Assembly: GCA_963721455.1 (NCBI GenBank)
Contig: CAVRJG010000045.1
Location: 83,365-147,364 of the forward strand
Length of the DNA: 64,000 bases
Reading direction: 5' to 3'
DNA from: an uncultured Methanosarcinaceae archaeon
GTDB lineage: Archaea; Halobacteriota; Methanosarcinia; Methanosarcinales; Methanosarcinaceae
The notes beneath the pieces are model-generated. The model had not been told where the DNA came from. It did not search any database and was given only the letters and a program-made list of their open reading frames with translations. Each line of letters opens with the position of its first letter. The stretch's first letter is position 1. The position numbers and the translations under genes are program-made. Positions 20,927 to 31,414 of this stretch are shown piece after piece.

Positions 20927-22117
20927 TCAGGAAAAGAGTTTTCTTGCAGCCTCTTCTGTCCTTCTCATGACCTCTCTTACAGGAACACCGCTGATTTTTG
21001 CGATTTTCTTGCAGTCCTCAAACTCAGCAGAGATATTAAGCAGGATACCTTCCGAGTCCCTGGCAATCTTGACCGCAGCTTCATATACCTGCCCTTCGAC
21101 CTCAAGTTTAACCGTTTCAATTTTTCGGGCGGCCATCAGCCTGTGCCGGGTAGGGATAATTCTAACCCCCAGAGACCCTGTTTCGATGATGATTTTACGG
21201 GCGAGCTTCGCAGTATCTTCAGGCTTTGCAATGACCTTGATAATATGAGCAGGACGGCCTTTTTTCATTGTTGCCGGGATAATTGCAACATCCCTTGCCC
21301 CCATCGCAAGCAATTCCTCGAACAGGTTCCCCAGGACTTCTCCGCTCACATCGTCAGCATTAGTTTCGAGCACCTCAATTATATCCGGGATCAGGCAGGA
21401 ATCAAGTTCGGAAAGTACTCCCTGAAGCACGTTGGGCCCGGCCAGGTCTGAGTCTCCGGCCCCGTAGCCTATTGAAATTACCCTGCCCTGAGGAAAAGCT
21501 TCCACTGGCCTTGCAAAATGGGCAAGAATAGCAGCCCCTGTAGGGGTAAGAAGTTCCTTTTTCTCACCGCCTCCCCTGAAATAGAATTTCCCTCTCCTGA
21601 GAAGTTCAAGGGTAGCAGGAGCTGGCACAGGCAGAGTTCCGTGCGCACATTCTAGCGCCCCGCTGCCCACATTTATAGGGGTGCAGTAAACAGAACCGCA
21701 GTCAAGGGCATGGATAGCTGCCGAAGAGCCTATTACATCGGCAAGGGCATCACTCTGCCCCACCTCATGAAAATGGAGTTGTTCAAGGTCAGACTGCCCG
21801 TGGACTGAAGCTTCGGCTTCCGCCATCTTCAAAAAGATGTCAAGAGCACTTGCCTCCACCCTCGAAGGCAGCTTTGCAGCCTTTACCAGATCCACGAGTT
21901 CCGGATATGTGCGGACAGGTTCTTTTTCAGGAACTGTTATCCGGACATCCAGAGCTTTTATTCCTCTTTTCAGAACTTCTCTTATATCCACGGATACATC
22001 GACAGAAGCTTCTATCAGTTCTTTAACCGCTTTCCTGTCAGCCCCGAGATCAAGAGCGCATCCGAGGATCATATCTCCTGCTGCCCCTGAAAAAGGATTG
22101 AATACAAGCGCTTTCAT
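20927..22117 (-). CDS. larC: Nickel insertion protein LarC
   Basis: SGAAGDM, HFHEVG, AHGTLPVPAPAT, LTPTGAA, ETNADD and MKKGRP motifs. Confidence 0.92.
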   Translation of the reverse strand: MKALVFNPFSGAAGDMILGCALDLGADRKAVKELIEASVDVSVDIREVLKRGIKALDVRITVPEKEPVRTYPELVDLVKAAKLPSRVEASALDIFLKMAEAEASVHGQSDLEQLHFHEVGQSDALADVIGSSAAIHALDCGSVYCTPINVGSGALECAHGTLPVPAPATLELLRRGKFYFRGGGEKKELLTPTGAAILAHFARPVEAFPQGRVISIGYGAGDSDLAGPNVLQGVLSELDSCLIPDIIEVLETNADDVSGEVLGNLFEELLAMGARDVAIIPATMKKGRPAHIIKVIAKPEDTAKLARKIIIETGSLGVRIIPTRHRLMAARKIETVKLEVEGQVYEAAVKIARDSEGILLNISAEFEDCKKIAKISGVPVREVMRRTEEAARKLFS

Positions 22118-22162
22118 AAAGACCCCTTCCTGAATTTCATTTTCAATTTATCCCCCTGTTTA

Positions 22163-22967
22163 TTATCCTTCCTGAGCTTCATTTTCTTTCTTCCCGTGGG
22201 TCCCAGCAGCCGCAATCATGTTTGCGATCCGGGCTGCATACGCTCCCGCAACAAAGCCCGCATCAATATTTACTACTGCAAGAGTAGAACAGGATTGGAG
22301 CATTGACAGCAGGGCAGCTTTTCCTCCGCCGCCTGCCCCGTAACCTGTAGAGACCGGAAGCCCGATTACAGGCACATCGACAAGTCCCGAGACTATTGTG
22401 GGAAGCGTTCCTTCCCTGCCGGCTGCAACAACGATTGCTCCAGGCATCATAGATTTTAGCTTATGCAGTTCGGGAATCAGCCTGTGGATTCCTGCAACCC
22501 CTACATCATAAACAGTAATAGTTTCACAGCCCATTTCTGAGGCCACAACCCTGGCTTCTTCCGCAGCCGGGATATCTGCCGTGCCTGCCGAAACAATTCC
22601 TACAACGCCGCCTGTTCTGGGTACAGGAGTGCCGTCATGGATAATAACTGTGCGGGCCCTGCAGTTCCACTCAAGTTTATCCTGACCGAAGGCCTGCTTT
22701 AAGGCTTCAAGATGTACTGGGGAGACACGGGTAATGAGGGCTCTTTTGCTCTCTGCAACCATGACTCTGGCAATCTCCACCACATCCTCAGGCTCCTTGC
22801 AGTCAGCAAGGATGGCCTCAATTATTCCTGTCCTGCTTTTCCTGTGGGAATCAAGCTTTGCAATGCCTAGCATAGGAGACAAAACCCAGGCCACGGGCTT
22901 GCTTTTCCGCAGCCTCAACATCCATTTTTCCGTCTTTGACAGCCCTTAGTATATCAGTGAGGTCCAT
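22163..22967 (-). CDS. larB: LarB (PurE-like NaAD carboxylase); one-base frameshift near 22868
   Basis: MDLTDILRAVKDGK...GLGFVSYA from ATG 22967 continues in another frame as GIAKLDSHRKSRTG...AGTADIP...DVGVAGIHR...VVNIDAG. Confidence 0.85.
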
Positions 22968-23299
22968 GTACCACCCTTCGCCTAGAAGAATTAGATACTT
23001 TAGCAATAAACAGTTTAAATACCAAGTTGTTAGATAACAATTTATTATTTTGGAGGCTCTTTAGAGTTTCGCGCTATACTCATATAAGCTTGATTTTCAG
23101 AATTATTTGGGTTATTGCTTTGCAATTTGAGGTAAAAATTCAAAATTCTAAAGCTGGATGAGTATAAAGCTGGATGAGTATAATTAACTGAACTTGAAGA
23201 TAAGCAGCGGAAAATGGAGATATTGTTTAATCTTTCAATAAAGTCAGCTTAAACAATATCTTCATTTTGTCTTTTTGGCACTTCGAATCGTTCTCGCTT

Positions 23300-24502
23300 T
23301 TAAGTCCGCTTGAACATCTGTTTTGCCATGGCAACTCTCTGCTCCAGAGTCAGGTCCTTCCAGTTCTTCTACAACGGATTCGAGAATCGTTGGTATGTCA
23401 AGGTGCTGGGGACATTTTTCAAGGCACTGTCCGCATTGTACGCACAGGGATGCAAACTCGGGTTCTCCGACGGACAGGACGCTACCCAGCCTTGCAGCAT
23501 ACATGAACTTTGCTTCGTCTGCATTGCCGGACCATGTACAGGTTGTTGTACGATTCGAAACAGAGTGGAATATTCACCCCTCCGGACAGGGCATACAGTA
23601 CCGGCAGCCTGTACAGCCTACTTTCATCAGTTCACGGTACTTCCGCTCTACTTTTTTTACCAGCTGCAGTTCAGCTTCAGTCAGAGAATTTGGGTATGCT
23701 TTGTCTGCTACTGTAAGATTCTCTTCAATATGTGTTTCCTCATTCATCCCGGAGAGGACAACCGTGACCTCCGGGTGGTTCCATACCCAGCGAAGAGCCC
23801 ATTCTGCAGCGGTCCTCTTCGTCGGAGCCTCATCCCAGATCTCTTTCACGGCAGGAGGCACGGGGCTTGTCGAGGTTCCCTCCGCGGAGGGGCTCCATAA
23901 TGATTACTCCAAGGCCTTTTGAGGCTGCATATTCCAGACCCTCGGTACCTGCCTGGTTCTTTTCGTCCAGGAAGTTGTACTGGATCTGGCAAAAGTCCCA
24001 GTCATAGGCGTCCACTATCCGATTGAAATCCTCTCCCGCGCCGTGGAAGGAAAAACCTGCGTTAATTGATGCGGCCGTCAGCTTTGGCTTTGTCAAGGAA
24101 ATCAGCTACACCCAGCTTTTCAATATTGTCCCACAGATCACCAACGAGAGCGTGGATGAGGTAATAGTCGATGTGATCTGTTTTGAGTTTCTCCAGCTGA
24201 GCATTCAGGAACTTATCCATATCCTCCCGGCTCTCTATAAGCCAGGAGGGAAGTTTTGTGGCGAGTTTAACTTTTTCGCGGTATCCGTCAGCAAGAGCAC
24301 GACCTAAAAAAGGCTCGCTCTGTTCCATGTGATAGGGCCAGGCCGTATCAACATAGTTTACTCCGTGGTCGATTGCATAGCGTACCTGCTTAGTGGCTCT
24401 TTCTTCATCTATACTACCGTCTTCTTTCACTGGAAGGCGCATGCATCCAAACCCAAGTATCGAAAGCTCGTCTCCATTTTTAGGCATTTTTCTGTACAGC
24501 AT
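23300..24502 (-). pseudogene. Aldo/keto reductase with C-terminal Fe-S domain, broken by several indels (decay or assembly error)
   Basis: Consecutive fragments ILGFGCMRLP..VDTAWPY / [15 protein letters not shown] / CTGCRYCMPCP / CVQCGQCLEKCPQ in shifting frames. Confidence 0.85.
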
Positions 24503-24721
24503 TTTTATTCTCCTGAATTTTTGAATTGTTTTACTTGCTCCTGATTGATCTTTTGATTGACTGCTTATTTTTACGATAAATCATTCGTTAATTTTTGCAC
24601 CTGATTGACTGGTCACTCACATGTGGAGTGAAAAAATTATTTTTTAGCTAGACCTCTCCAGATAATTCCTTGAATTTCTGTTCGCTTAATTCTACCCTGT
24701 TCATTGTATGTTCTGCTCCAA

Positions 24722-25261
24722 TCAAATCGCTTTTCCCATTTCATATGCCTGCTTCATTGCTTTGCTTCCTTTAATGTCTCCCATATGCCAGGCACCAGTT
24801 CCATAAATAGTACCCTTTTCCGTTGCTCTTTCAAGGCAGGAAGTAAATCCCCGGAATCCTTCCAATGTTCTCTCCATAGCCTGCTTACTATCGTCGGCTG
24901 CCGTTACAATAAAATAAAAATCCTTGTCGTTGATTTCTGTGTAACGGGAGCAAGTGCGGTCAATTAGAGTCTTCATTTGACCATTCATCGTGTAGAAGTA
25001 CACCGGCGTTGCCATTACAATCGCATCTGCCGCAAGCATTTTTTCCAGAATTTCTGCCATATCGTCTTTTTGGGGGCAGCTATTTTCCATGTTATAACAG
25101 GCTCCACATCCTGTGCAGTAATTGATTTCCTTGTCATTCAAGAATATCTTCTCTGCAGTGTGTCCGGCTTCTTTTGCTCCAAGCATAAACTGGTCGCACA
25201 ACAGGTCGGAGTTTCCGCCTTTCCTCGGGCTGGCGGACAGCACCAATACTTTTTTACTCAT
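24722..25261 (-). CDS. Flavodoxin/iron-sulfur flavoprotein family protein
   Basis: SASPRKGGNS, CTGCGAC..C and ATPVYF motifs. Confidence 0.9.
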   Translation of the reverse strand: MSKKVLVLSASPRKGGNSDLLCDQFMLGAKEAGHTAEKIFLNDKEINYCTGCGACYNMENSCPQKDDMAEILEKMLAADAIVMATPVYFYTMNGQMKTLIDRTCSRYTEINDKDFYFIVTAADDSKQAMERTLEGFRGFTSCLERATEKGTIYGTGAWHMGDIKGSKAMKQAYEMGKAI

Positions 25262-25432
25262 TGAAATTATCCTCCGTATTTTGAGTTATGCGAATTTATC
25301 AAAACAATTTTTTGCATCCAGCATCCTGCTTTCACTCTAAGCGGACATTCGGAATCCGCTTATCTACACCCTCATAACTGTATTCATCTTTATTTGTCAA
25401 GCAAAGATGCTAAAAAATGATACTCGAACAGT

Positions 25433-25972
25433 TTATGAAATCATACCAATTTTAGTCAACCAATTCGTAACATCTTTTTTCGCAGCACTCACACGAGAGC
25501 CATGGATAGCCAGCCCCTTTAAAAGCGTTGCTTTCGGACAAAGTTTTGCAATATCTTTTTCACTGCGGCCTAATCCGCTTCCTTCATGTGTACAAAATGG
25601 AATAATAGTTTTATCAGAAAAATCATATTCTTCCAGGAATGTAAACACCGGCATCGGCATCGTTCCCCACCAGTTAGGATAACCCAGGAATATCACATTA
25701 TAAGAATCCATATTTTCTACATGGCTGGAAAGCTCCGGTCTGGAATTGTCATGCAGTTCTTTTTTTGCCACGTTGGTGGTTTCCGTATAATCCTCAGGAT
25801 AAGACTTTACTGTATCAATACGAAAAACATCGCCTCCTGTCATTTCCTGAATCATCTTTGCTACTACTTTTGTGTTACCGATGGGCAAATTCACGATCCT
25901 TCCACTAACATAGTTATTCCCCTCACGTGAATAATAGGCTATCAGACATTTCTCTTCTTTTAAATTCATCAT
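25433..25972 (-). CDS. Flavodoxin
   Basis: AYYSR, GNT, LGYPNWWG and FCTHEGSG motifs. Confidence 0.9.
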   Translation of the reverse strand: MMNLKEEKCLIAYYSREGNNYVSGRIVNLPIGNTKVVAKMIQEMTGGDVFRIDTVKSYPEDYTETTNVAKKELHDNSRPELSSHVENMDSYNVIFLGYPNWWGTMPMPVFTFLEEYDFSDKTIIPFCTHEGSGLGRSEKDIAKLCPKATLLKGLAIHGSRVSAAKKDVTNWLTKIGMIS

Positions 25973-26077
25973 TTCTTATTCCTCGCTTTCTTTTTGCTTA
26001 TTCGTTGCCGAACATTATAAATAATAATTATTCTCCCCTGGGAAAATACAATACTTTCATAAATTGTTGTTTCCATT

Positions 26078-26494
26078 CTATTCCAAAGCGAGATATTCTT
26101 CATCCGTTACGGGTTCCAGCCATTCGGCATCTCCCTTTTGGGCATTAGTACTTATCGCGAGATGTACAAACCAGCTATCCGGTGTAGCACCGTGCCAGTG
26201 TTTCACATTCGGATGGATTTTTACTACGTCCCCTTCCTGAAGCACCTGTACTGGCTTGCCTTCTTCCTGAAAATATCCTTTGCCGCCGGTAACAAGCAGA
26301 ATCTGCCCACCCGGATGTTTATGCCAATTATTTCTTGCGGCTGGTTCAAAAGTTACATTACCTATCGGGCAATTAAAGGTGCTGTCATTAGAAACCAGCA
26401 TTTCAAGCCATGCTGTCCCTATGAAATAGTCATTCGTAATTTTTTCGCCTTTCGGGAAGATTACACTTTCACTTAAATTGTTTGATTTATTCAT
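26078..26494 (-). CDS. Cupin domain protein
   Basis: NVTFEP..NWHKHPGGQIL and KHWHGA motifs. Confidence 0.9.
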   Translation of the reverse strand: MNKSNNLSESVIFPKGEKITNDYFIGTAWLEMLVSNDSTFNCPIGNVTFEPAARNNWHKHPGGQILLVTGGKGYFQEEGKPVQVLQEGDVVKIHPNVKHWHGATPDSWFVHLAISTNAQKGDAEWLEPVTDEEYLALE

Positions 26495-26652
26495 GTTTTA
26501 TTCTCCTTTAAATTTTTTCATGGGACTACTTTCTTGTAACTCACGGATATGACTCCTGATTGATTTTCTGCTTAGCTGGGTATTTTGAGGCAGGTTTTCA
26601 ATTAATTTCTGTATTTGATTGACTGATCACTCACGCGTGGAGTGAAAAAAAA

Positions 26653-27231
26653 TTATTTTTTAGCCAGACCTCTCCAGATAATCTGGAATCCATCCTCTAA
26701 AATCTTATTTTCATCCTGCGATGGATCTGAATCAAGGATCAGGTTCACTACCGCCCTGCTAGCCTGATAAAACATTGCAATGGTCAGCTCCGCAGAAAAG
26801 TCTCGGATCTCTCCCGTTATTATTCCTTCATTCACAAGATTATGGAGAAAGATATACTCTTTCATTACTTCTTCACGCGTAAATTTAGTTATATAAGGAG
26901 AAGAGCAGAACTGCCCGACAAAAAGAAATTCTTCCTGATTGTCTACTCCCCACTTGATTAAATTTGACCATATTTTTCTTAATTTATCTTGGAAGGTACT
27001 CTGTGCTTCAACTTCTTTCCCCATACTGTGACTTAATTGCCCTTTTACTTCGGAATACAGGCTGTTTATAAGATCTTCCTTTGTAGGAAAGTAATTGAAA
27101 AGGGTGCCTGTGGCTACACCTGCTTCTTTTGAAATCTGAGCAGTGGATGTACCCTGGAAGCCTCTTTCAGTGAAGAGCTTCAGGGCTGCTTCCATAATGG
27201 CTGTTCTTTTGTCTTTGACCTGTTCTTTCAT
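26653..27231 (-). CDS. TetR/AcrR-family regulator
   Basis: AALKLFTERGFQGTSTAQISKEAGVATGTLFNYFPTKEDL HTH. Confidence 0.93.
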   Translation of the reverse strand: MKEQVKDKRTAIMEAALKLFTERGFQGTSTAQISKEAGVATGTLFNYFPTKEDLINSLYSEVKGQLSHSMGKEVEAQSTFQDKLRKIWSNLIKWGVDNQEEFLFVGQFCSSPYITKFTREEVMKEYIFLHNLVNEGIITGEIRDFSAELTIAMFYQASRAVVNLILDSDPSQDENKILEDGFQIIWRGLAKK

Positions 27232-27247
27232 GCATGATCTCTACAAT

Positions 27248-27261
27248 TGACTGATTAGTCA
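27248..27261. promoter_or_regulatory. Candidate TetR operator TGACT-N4-AGTCA
   Basis: tgactgattagtca just upstream of tetR; variants tgactgatcactca (~26620) and tgactggtcactca (~24606) lie upstream of the cupin and aldo/keto reductase genes. Confidence 0.6.
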
Positions 27262-27310
27262 GTTATGTTGTAATATTATGTTATTATAAATACTTTATGG
27301 TGCTTTTTTC

Positions 27311-27771
27311 TTAACTCTCAGCCAAATATTTTAACCCTTCTTGTCACTAATAAAGGAAGCTGAAATTGCCCCTGCCAAAAATACAGCCAAAGAGCAATAT
27401 ATTTCACAGAACGCATCGTATATCGTGTAAATTCTCCATATTGCATGCTTTTTTTGCTAATTTAAACACGTCCTCTATGAGAGATCTGATTAGGTCATAT
27501 TCTCGTTTCAAACTGGCAAGTGTACGCTGCAAACGTACACCAAAACTAAGAGTTAAAACCCAAAAGATAATTACAGGATCAATTTTACGTTCACATATTA
27601 TAAGACCAGTTTCTTTGGCAGTTTGCTTTAACCACTCTTCGGAAAACATTTCCTGAAGAGAATCTTCAAGAGTATGTGGGAGGCAAGAAGGCGTAGATAC
27701 AGAGAGATTCAGGTCTTAACTTAAAAAAAGTGTACAAAAGCGCTGATTTAATGCTTAACCGATGACGCATG
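27311..27771 (-). mobile_element. Fused remnants of two IS elements (IS4-like left end and N-terminus; C-terminus of another DDE transposase)
   Basis: End motif catgcgtcatcggttaag at 27771; MFSEEWLKQTAKETGLI..RKIDPV..FWVL then abruptly IRSLIEDVFKLAK..LH. Confidence 0.6.
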
Positions 27772-27867
27772 AAGCTGGATGAGTAAATTGAGGATTTTTG
27801 GTGACTTAAGGAAAAAGTATTCAGCGATACATTTAAAAATCCGAATTGTTAATGTGTAGAGATCATC

Positions 27868-28570
27868 ATGCTCATAGTACTCTCATTAGGCGGTTCAATT
27901 CTCGCAAAAGACCTTGACTCGGATCGTTTTTTAAAATATGCAGATGTTCTCCGGAATATCTCGAAAAAGCACACACTGCTCGTGGTAACCGGAGGAGGAG
28001 AAGCCGCAAGGCACTATATCGAGGCTGCAAGGGCTATGGGAGCCGATGAAGTAACCTGCGACTATATAGGCATCGAAATCACTCGCCTGAACGCACGGCT
28101 GCTTGCCGCAGCCCTCGGGTCCGACGCATACCCTGAAATCCCGACAAACTACGTGGAAGCCTCAAAAGCAATGAGTTCGGGGAAGATCGTGGTAATGGGA
28201 GGAATCACACCTGGCCAGACCACGGATGCGGTAGCCGCAATTCTTGCGGAGTTCCTGCGGGCAGACTTGCTGACTATTGCGACCTCGATTGACGGAGTTT
28301 ATTCTTCAGACCCGAACTGTGATCCCATCGGCAGTAAAATATGACAAAATCTCCCCTGAGAAACTAATAAGCATAGTCATGGCAATTGAGATGAAAGCAG
28401 GCTCCAAGTCCCCTGTTGACCCTGTAGCCGCAAAAATTATCGAACGCTGCAAGCTCGATGCCCTTGTTATGGATGCCCGGGACCCTGCCCTGCTTGGAAA
28501 AGTTCTCGACGGAGAAGCAGCCGGAAAATCTCCGGTATCCTGTGGAACCTGGATCACAACACGAAAATAA
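27868..28570 (+). CDS. pyrH: UMP kinase; apparent +1 frameshift near 28325
   Basis: VLSLGGS, VTGGGEAAR, PGQTTDAVAA and DGVYSSDP, then an extra C in gatcccatcg; continues SAVKYDKI..GSKSPVDPVAAKII. Confidence 0.9.
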
Positions 28571-28758
28571 GACCCGGAACAGCCTTAATAGCCAGACGAA
28601 ATAAAGTCCGAAAAGTAAAAGCTGGCTTTAAAGCCCTTATTTTTACGGAAGATGAAAACTTAAACATAGAGGTTCCGACATACATTCCTATTACAGGGAG
28701 CAGGCCGTAACGCCGGTTTCGATTCCCTGGAGTATCTGGAAAGAAGGAGGACCTGGGC

Positions 28759-29955
28759 TTGAGCCTGCCGGAAAAAAAGAGTTCTTTTAAACATACAGGG
28801 TTTATTTTCCGTTTTTTTTCCATACTTCTATTCCTGATTGTCTTCTGCACTGAGATCAGTCCTGCTTCTGCAGGGATAAACGGGACAGCCCCTGAAGAAG
28901 AAAGACAGGGAAATATCGTTATCACTGATTTTTTCTCAGACCATGAACTCTCTGATGCAACAGTTCGGTTTGAACAACCTCTTGAAAATGCCTCGCTTGT
29001 TTTTACTTTGTCTTCGGGAAAGAAACTGCTGAAATCGGAAACTTTCCCTCTGGGCCCTGTGGAGAAAGGACAGGAAGTTAAAAAAGTCCTGTTCTGGGGG
29101 CTTGAAAACGGCTTCGGAAAAAATAGGGACTCCGAAAAGGATAGAGACTCTTATACAGCACAGCTTTTTGTAAAAAATGACAGCGAAAACCTTGCCTCAA
29201 GAGAACTTTCATTTTCCTACCGAAATCCCACTCTTTCAAAGCTTAAGCTTGTTGACTTTTCTGCAGACTCCGAAAAAGCTTCTGTTTTGATAACTCTTAC
29301 AAACCCTGCAAGCTTCGGGAGTGTGCAGATGCCTGAACCCGGTATGATAGATCTTGACCTGAAGCTCCTCTCGGGCACGGAAATTGTGTATTCCGAAAGC
29401 CAGAAGAATATCCCTGTTACGGATGCCTATTACAAACAAATTTACTGGCCCTTCCTCCTCGAAAAGGGCAGAAACTATACAGCCCTCCTGAAGGTTCACT
29501 CCCACTCTCCTGACATTACTACAGCCTATAGATCGGATTTCACGGCAGAAGAAAAAGTGGAAATTCTCGACCCGGATATCGATGTGGACGAATACGGAGC
29601 AAGTGTCACTATCACCGGGAAATCCCAGGTGCCTTTTGACGGCGTTATAAGGGTTGTGCTGACTCCTGAAGAAGGGAAAGTGCAGGTTTTTGAAGAAACC
29701 GCAGATATCCTGACAGCGGGAAAAGAAGATACTGTAGGAATAATCTGGCAGGGAGTCCCAAAGGGAGACTATAATGTAAAGATTTATGTGCTGAACCTGG
29801 AAGGAAAAGTCCTGGACAGCCATGAGACGGTTCTCAGGGTCTTTGAGCCCGTAGCCGAAGCAAGCTCTGTCGAAGAATCCCCGGCTTTTGACTTCCTCGC
29901 AGCTCTGGGAATTTTCCTGTCCGCTGGGATCTTGCCAGGAAGGAAAGGGAAATAG
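28759..29955 (+). CDS. Secreted beta-rich surface protein with PGF-CTERM-like anchor
   Basis: Signal peptide; C-terminal ESPAF-TM-GRKGK; first gene of an ABC operon. Confidence 0.75.
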   Translation: MSLPEKKSSFKHTGFIFRFFSILLFLIVFCTEISPASAGINGTAPEEERQGNIVITDFFSDHELSDATVRFEQPLENASLVFTLSSGKKLLKSETFPLGPVEKGQEVKKVLFWGLENGFGKNRDSEKDRDSYTAQLFVKNDSENLASRELSFSYRNPTLSKLKLVDFSADSEKASVLITLTNPASFGSVQMPEPGMIDLDLKLLSGTEIVYSESQKNIPVTDAYYKQIYWPFLLEKGRNYTALLKVHSHSPDITTAYRSDFTAEEKVEILDPDIDVDEYGASVTITGKSQVPFDGVIRVVLTPEEGKVQVFEETADILTAGKEDTVGIIWQGVPKGDYNVKIYVLNLEGKVLDSHETVLRVFEPVAEASSVEESPAFDFLAALGIFLSAGILPGRKGK

Positions 29956-30005
29956 AAGTTTCTGAAAGCCTTTAAAACCGTGTAAAATTCGAATGCGGGA
30001 TCATC

Positions 30006-31121
30006 ATGTTTGACCTCATCATCCGAAATATAATGAACAGGAAGGTCAGGAGTGCACTGACAGTCTGTGGGATTGCACTTGGGATTTTTGCCGTTATCGT
30101 TATGGGTGCCATGTCCGAAAATTTCCACCAGACTTTTGAGCGTTCCATGAGTGTGACCAGCGACAAGATCCGGGTCTTTGCCGAAAGCGGGGTCTTTGGA
30201 GGGGGACTCACGGACGATAAAGTGAGTGACGTGCTCAGGGTGGCAGGGGTGAAAGATGCTTACGGGCTTCTAATGACTACTTTTGATGAGGATAAAATGG
30301 GAATGACCGGAAAACAGATACTTGGTGTTCCCCCGGAAAAATCCAGCGTTGCCCTTTATCCGGTTGAGCTGAAGGCAGGCCGTTTCCTCAATCCAGGGGA
30401 TTCCTATAATGTTGTTGTCGGAAGCAATATAAAAAGGGAATATGAACTCCAGATAGGGAGCAAATTTGAGATCCATGACAAGTACTTTACCGTGATAGGA
30501 ATCCTTGATTACACAGGCTCGATTTTTGACAATGCGGTAATTATTCCCCTTGAAACCGCACAGGACCTCTACAATGTGGGCGATTCGGTTTCCTATATCT
30601 TTGCAGTACCTGATGAACGGGTGGATGCCGAAATGCTCTCGAAACGCATAGAATTCAGCGTAAAAGGCACAAGCACCCTTTCTCCAGGAGAACTTGAGGT
30701 GCAGGCAAAGCAGTCCTTTATGATTTTCAGCGTAATCACTATCAGCTCAGGGCTCCTTGCAGCAATCATAGGCGGGCTTTGCGTGATGAATACCATGCTC
30801 ATGTCCGTTGCCGAGAGGACAAGGGAATTCGGGATTTTAAAAGCCATTGGGGCCGAAACCAGGGATATTTTGCTCCTGACACTTGGGGAAGCTTCATTTA
30901 TGGGCCTTTTCGGCGGAATCCTGGGAATTCTTGTGGGCACTGGGGCTGTTTATATTATGAATGCCTGGCTTGCAAATACAAGGATAGTGCTTTTCCTGAT
31001 AACGCCCAGGCTTCTTGTAATTGCCATGCTCTTCGCCTTATTGATAGGGGCTCTTTCAGGGCTTTATCCTGCGTACAGGGCCTCGAAAATGAGTCCTATG
31101 GAGGCTTTGAAGCATGCCTGA
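30006..31121 (+). CDS. MacB/FtsX-family ABC permease
   Basis: RKVRSALTVCGIALG, MNTMLMSVAERTREFG and YPAYRAS motifs. Confidence 0.92.
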   Translation: MFDLIIRNIMNRKVRSALTVCGIALGIFAVIVMGAMSENFHQTFERSMSVTSDKIRVFAESGVFGGGLTDDKVSDVLRVAGVKDAYGLLMTTFDEDKMGMTGKQILGVPPEKSSVALYPVELKAGRFLNPGDSYNVVVGSNIKREYELQIGSKFEIHDKYFTVIGILDYTGSIFDNAVIIPLETAQDLYNVGDSVSYIFAVPDERVDAEMLSKRIEFSVKGTSTLSPGELEVQAKQSFMIFSVITISSGLLAAIIGGLCVMNTMLMSVAERTREFGILKAIGAETRDILLLTLGEASFMGLFGGILGILVGTGAVYIMNAWLANTRIVLFLITPRLLVIAMLFALLIGALSGLYPAYRASKMSPMEALKHA

Positions 31122-31414
31122 AATGGAGATTGAAGGGAAAGGTTTAAAACTGCGGAAAAGCCTAGGATCTCTTGAAAATATTCCTATTGCGTTCGACAAC
31201 CTTTCTTTATGCACCTGAACCGTAGCCCTTCTAGCTATAAATGGATCTTCCAAATTTATTTTATTCAAATCAGTTGGAACTGAGTTGCCAAAAGCAATCG
31301 ATTTAATATCATAGTCGTACGACTTTTTGTCTCATAACGTGACCAATATGATATAAACTGGATAAAACGAAGCACCCAATGTTTCAATCCCTACAAATGT
31401 GAAAGCGCTCAAAG

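Noticed and set aside
31381-31391. gtttcaatccc resembling the end of a CRISPR repeat
   Set aside because: Single occurrence, no spacer periodicity, no cas genes.
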